Virus record (IMG/VR): IMGVR_UViG_3300033407_000067
Location: 1-37,618 of that record
DNA length: 37,618 nucleotides
Source of the DNA: a virus
Taxonomy: Duplodnaviria > Caudoviricetes
Strand: one strand, 5' to 3'
The notes below the pieces were generated by a model. It made no database searches and had not been told where the DNA came from. It worked only from the letters and a program-made list of their open reading frames with translations. Every line of letters begins with the position of its first letter. Within the stretch, counting starts at the first letter, position 1. The position numbers were made by a program, and so were the translations under genes. Below, piece after piece: positions 35,001 to 37,618 of this stretch.

Positions 35001-35611
35001 TCCGCCACCTCCTCACAATGTTTTATTTGCTCAGCGCTCAGATGCTCCGCTGCGTACATCAGTGCGGCCCTGGGCCACTGCTGGGCGCAGTCGTCGAGGC
35101 GCTCGGCGGTCAGACGATCCGCCGCGTATATCAGTGCGTACCAGGGCCCCTGCCGGGCGCAGTCGTCGAGGCGCTCGGCGGTCAGACGATCCGCCGCGTA
35201 CTGCAGTGCAACCGTGGGCTCCCGGCGGGCGCAGTCGTCGAGGCGCTCAGCGGTCAGACGATCCGCCGCGTATACCAGTGCGGCCGTGGGCTCCCGGTGG
35301 GCGCAGGCGTCGAGACGCTCAGCGCTCAGTCGATCCGCTGCGTACTGCAGTGCGTACCCCGGCTCCTGCCGGGCGCAGTCGTCGAGGCGCTCAGCGGTCA
35401 GATACCCCGCTGCGTATCTCAGTGCAACCGCGGGCTCCCGGTGGGCGCAGGCGTCGAGGTGCGTCGCGTCGATCAGCTCCGGAAAATGTGCCGCACCCCA
35501 CAGATAATGCTCAGGCCGTAACCGGAGCAGATCCCCGGCGCAGGCGAGGTAGTCCCCCAGGCCGTAGCCGCAGACACCCAGCGCCCGCAGTTGTTCGATC
35601 GTTGGTTTCAT
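34997..35611 (-). CDS. 24-aa helical repeat protein A (6 repeats; DUF4116-like)
   Basis: N-cap MKPTIEQLRALG.C, repeats CAxxxPxxALxYAADRL[TS]AERLD[DA], C-cap EQIKHC; ATGA-coupled at both ends. Confidence 0.85.
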   Translation of the reverse strand: MKPTIEQLRALGVCGYGLGDYLACAGDLLRLRPEHYLWGAAHFPELIDATHLDACAHREPAVALRYAAGYLTAERLDDCARQEPGYALQYAADRLSAERLDACAHREPTAALVYAADRLTAERLDDCARREPTVALQYAADRLTAERLDDCARQGPWYALIYAADRLTAERLDDCAQQWPRAALMYAAEHLSAEQIKHCEEVAE

Positions 35612-36147
35612 ACTGCTACCCCGCAATGTTTTATTTGCTCAGCGGTCAGACGATCCGCCGCGTATATCAGTGCGGCCCTGGGCCACTGCCGGGCGCAGTC
35701 GTCGAGGCGCTCAGCGGTTAGATACCCCGCCGCATACTGCAGTGCAGCCCTAGGCCACTGCCGGGCGCAGTCGTCGAGACGCTCAGCGCTCAGTCGATCC
35801 GCCGCGTATACCAGTGCGGCCCAGGGCCCCTGCCGGGCGCAGTCGTCGAGGCGCTCAGCGCTCAGTCGATCCGCTGCGTACTGCAGTGCGTACCCCGGCT
35901 CCTGCCGGGCGCAGTCGTCGAGGCGCTCAGCGGTCAGATACCCCGCTGCGTATCTCAGTGCGTACCCTGGCTCCCGGTGGGCGCAGGCGTCGAGGTGCGT
36001 CGCGTCGATCAGCTCCGGAAAATGTGTCGCACCCCGCAGATAATGCTCAGGCCGTAACCGGAGCAGATCCCCGGCGCAGGCGCGGTAGTCCTCCAGCCCG
36101 TACCCACAGGCGCCCAGCGCCCGCAGTTGTTCGATCGTTGGTTTCAT
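35608..36147 (-). CDS. 24-aa helical repeat protein B (5 repeats)
   Basis: Paralog of A (5 differences in the first 56 aa) with a different cassette order; ATGA-coupled. Confidence 0.85.
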   Translation of the reverse strand: MKPTIEQLRALGACGYGLEDYRACAGDLLRLRPEHYLRGATHFPELIDATHLDACAHREPGYALRYAAGYLTAERLDDCARQEPGYALQYAADRLSAERLDDCARQGPWAALVYAADRLSAERLDDCARQWPRAALQYAAGYLTAERLDDCARQWPRAALIYAADRLTAEQIKHCGVAV

Positions 36148-36632
36148 ACTGCTACCTCACAAGAGAGTATCCATTCGGCTACACGGGCGGCGCGAGCGGG
36201 ACAGTCGACCCGTGCGTACCGGCTATCGAGTATCTCGACGGCGGCACGGTCCCACGCGTGTAGATTCACCGCTGTCAGCATCCGCCGAAACCCGCGCAGG
36301 CGGGCATAACCCAGCTGAAACGACATGTTGATGATCGCCCGGCGGGTGGGGAATGGCATACCCCCGAGGCCGGGGAGCAGTTTCACCGCGTCCGCGATCG
36401 CCGCGTCCAGGGAGCGGTGAAGCAGCGTCTCGACGATCGCGTCGCTGAAATGCCCGCCATTATCGCACAGAGCGCGCATTACCCCGGCGGGCAGGCCGTG
36501 AGCCTCCAGATTCCATCCGACGCCCACCGTCCAGATGCCTCGACTGTCGCGATACGGTTTCAGGCGTACCCCCTCATCGCGGTAGAGGTCATCATTGATG
36601 ACCTCCCGCTCCCGTGGCGTTAGTACACTCAT
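36144..36632 (-). CDS. Lysozyme/endolysin, GH24 T4-like
   Basis: Catalytic E-x8-D-x5-T (DEGVRLKPYRDSRGIWTVGVG), INMSFQLG, F.RML.A, DSRYA...P.RA.R. Confidence 0.92.
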   Translation of the reverse strand: MSVLTPREREVINDDLYRDEGVRLKPYRDSRGIWTVGVGWNLEAHGLPAGVMRALCDNGGHFSDAIVETLLHRSLDAAIADAVKLLPGLGGMPFPTRRAIINMSFQLGYARLRGFRRMLTAVNLHAWDRAAVEILDSRYARVDCPARAARVAEWILSCEVAV

Positions 36633-36814
36633 TTTACGCTCCCCCGTCCCAGTCCACCCGCCCGCCGGATCATACGATCGATGCGGCTCGCGATCACCTC
36701 GGCCTCGAGGCGGTTAGTCGTCATGCGCCCTCCGGGAAGCGCCCAAACGCGTTGTGTGACGGCGGGGACGGTCGCCTCCCCTACATGTATGTCGTGTGCG
36801 CTCAGGTCAAACAT
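36629..36814 (-). CDS. Small protein resembling DUF1317 (lambda Orf60a-like)
   Basis: HDI.VG..T.P....W.LPGG....NRLEA...A..ID pattern recognised by eye. Confidence 0.55.
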   Translation of the reverse strand: MFDLSAHDIHVGEATVPAVTQRVWALPGGRMTTNRLEAEVIASRIDRMIRRAGGLGRGSVK

Positions 36815-37616
36815 TCTGGACCCCCCCGCAATGTTCTATTTGTTCAGCGGTCAGACGATCCGCCGCATACTGCAGTGCGTACCCCGGCTCCTGCCGGGCG
36901 CAGTCGTCGAGACGCTCAGCGCTCAGTCGATCCGCCGCATACTGCAGTGCGACCCAGGGCCCCTGCCGGGCGCAGGCGTCGAGGCGCTCGGCGGTCAGAC
37001 GATCCGCCGCGTACTGCAGTGCGACCGTGGGCTCCCGGTGGGCGCAGGCGTCGAGGCGCTCGGCGGTCAGACGATCCGCCGCGTACTGCAGTGCGACCGT
37101 GGGCTCCCGGTGGGCGCAGGCGTCGAGGCGCTCAGCGCTCAGACGATCCGCCGCATACCGCAGTGCGACCCAGGGCCTCCGCCGGGCGCAGGCGTCGAGG
37201 CGCTCCGCGGTCAGTCGATCCGCCGCATACTGCAGTGCGACCCAGGGCCCCTGCCGGGCGCAGGCGTCGAGGCGCTCAGCGGTCAGACGATCCGCCGCAT
37301 ACTGCAGTGCAACCGTGGGCTCCCGGTGGGCGCAGGCGTCGAGGCGCTCGGCGGTCAGACGATCCGCCGCATACTGCAGTGCGTACCCCGGCTCCTGCCG
37401 GGCGCAGGCGTCGAGGCGCTCGGCGGTCAGACGATCCGCCGCGTACTGCAGTGCAACCGTGGGCTCCCGGTGGGCGCAGGCGTCGAGGCGCTCAGCGGTC
37501 AGACGATCCGCCGCATACTGCAGTGCGTACCCCGGCTCCTGCCGGGCGCAGTCGTCGAGACGCTCAGCGCTCAGTCGATCCGCCGCATACTGCAGTGCGA
37601 CCCAGGGCCCCTGCCG
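36807..37616 (-). CDS. 24-aa repeat protein C, 5'-truncated by the window edge (at least 11 repeats; missing from ORF track)
   Basis: Stop-free frame RQGPWVALQYAADRLSAERLDDCA...RQEPGYALQYAADRLTAEQIEHCGGVQNV*; stop overlaps the next ATG. Confidence 0.85.
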   Translation of the reverse strand, partial: RQGPWVALQYAADRLSAERLDDCARQEPGYALQYAADRLTAERLDACAHREPTVALQYAADRLTAERLDACARQEPGYALQYAADRLTAERLDACAHREPTVALQYAADRLTAERLDACARQGPWVALQYAADRLTAERLDACARRRPWVALRYAADRLSAERLDACAHREPTVALQYAADRLTAERLDACAHREPTVALQYAADRLTAERLDACARQGPWVALQYAADRLSAERLDDCARQEPGYALQYAADRLTAEQIEHCGGVQNV

Positions 37617-37618
37617 GG
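36851..37618 (-). repeat. 72-bp tandem repeat array (coding)
   Basis: tcag[at]cgatccgccgc[ag]tac[tc]gcagtgc recurs every 72 bp; the same unit occurs at about 35040-35460 and 35640-36000. Confidence 0.95.

Noticed and set aside
34872-36263. Long + strand ORFs over the repeat genes
   Set aside because: Shadow frames of a stop-poor GC-rich repeat; the - strand genes have RBSs, caps and ATGA coupling
36851-37618. CRISPR-like array (constant part plus variable part, 72-bp period), with a Cas4-like gene elsewhere in the window
   Set aside because: The variable parts are only about 18 bp and recur, the period is a multiple of 3 with an open frame matching proteins A and B, there is no cas1/cas2, and the DUF2800 nuclease is a normal part of APSE-like replication modules
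34997-37618. Diversity-generating retroelement template/variable repeat pair
   Set aside because: No reverse transcriptase in the window, and the differences are block cassettes rather than adenine-specific substitutions

Overview
A GC-rich tailed-phage (siphovirus-type) genome, probably most of it, running from just upstream of the small terminase to a repeat gene cut by the window edge. The + strand (94-22331) carries an HK97-type head, lambda/HK97-type neck and tail-tube genes with a -1 frameshifted chaperone, and a GTA-like tail tip (DUF2460/DUF2163/NlpC-P60/tip protein/DUF2793). The middle holds an APSE-like replication module: PolA, SSB and a Cas4-like nuclease on the - strand, and an SF2 helicase, VRR-NUC-type nuclease and primase-helicase on the + strand. 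The right end is a - strand operon with a lysozyme, a class 3 lipase and three paralogous 24-aa repeat proteins. I see no integrase, CI-type repressor, reverse transcriptase, tRNA or CRISPR array. Two things stand out. (1) Seven glycan-building or modifying enzymes (five glycosyltransferase-like, a SAM methyltransferase and a sulfotransferase) are translationally coupled into the head/neck genes, and a Gly-Ser-Pro tripeptide occurs only in virion proteins. Together these suggest a virion glycosylation/sulfation system with its own acceptor sequon. (2) The 72-bp repeat proteins reuse a small alphabet of variable cassettes in different orders. All family assignments come from motifs recognised by eye plus gene order, not from database searches.
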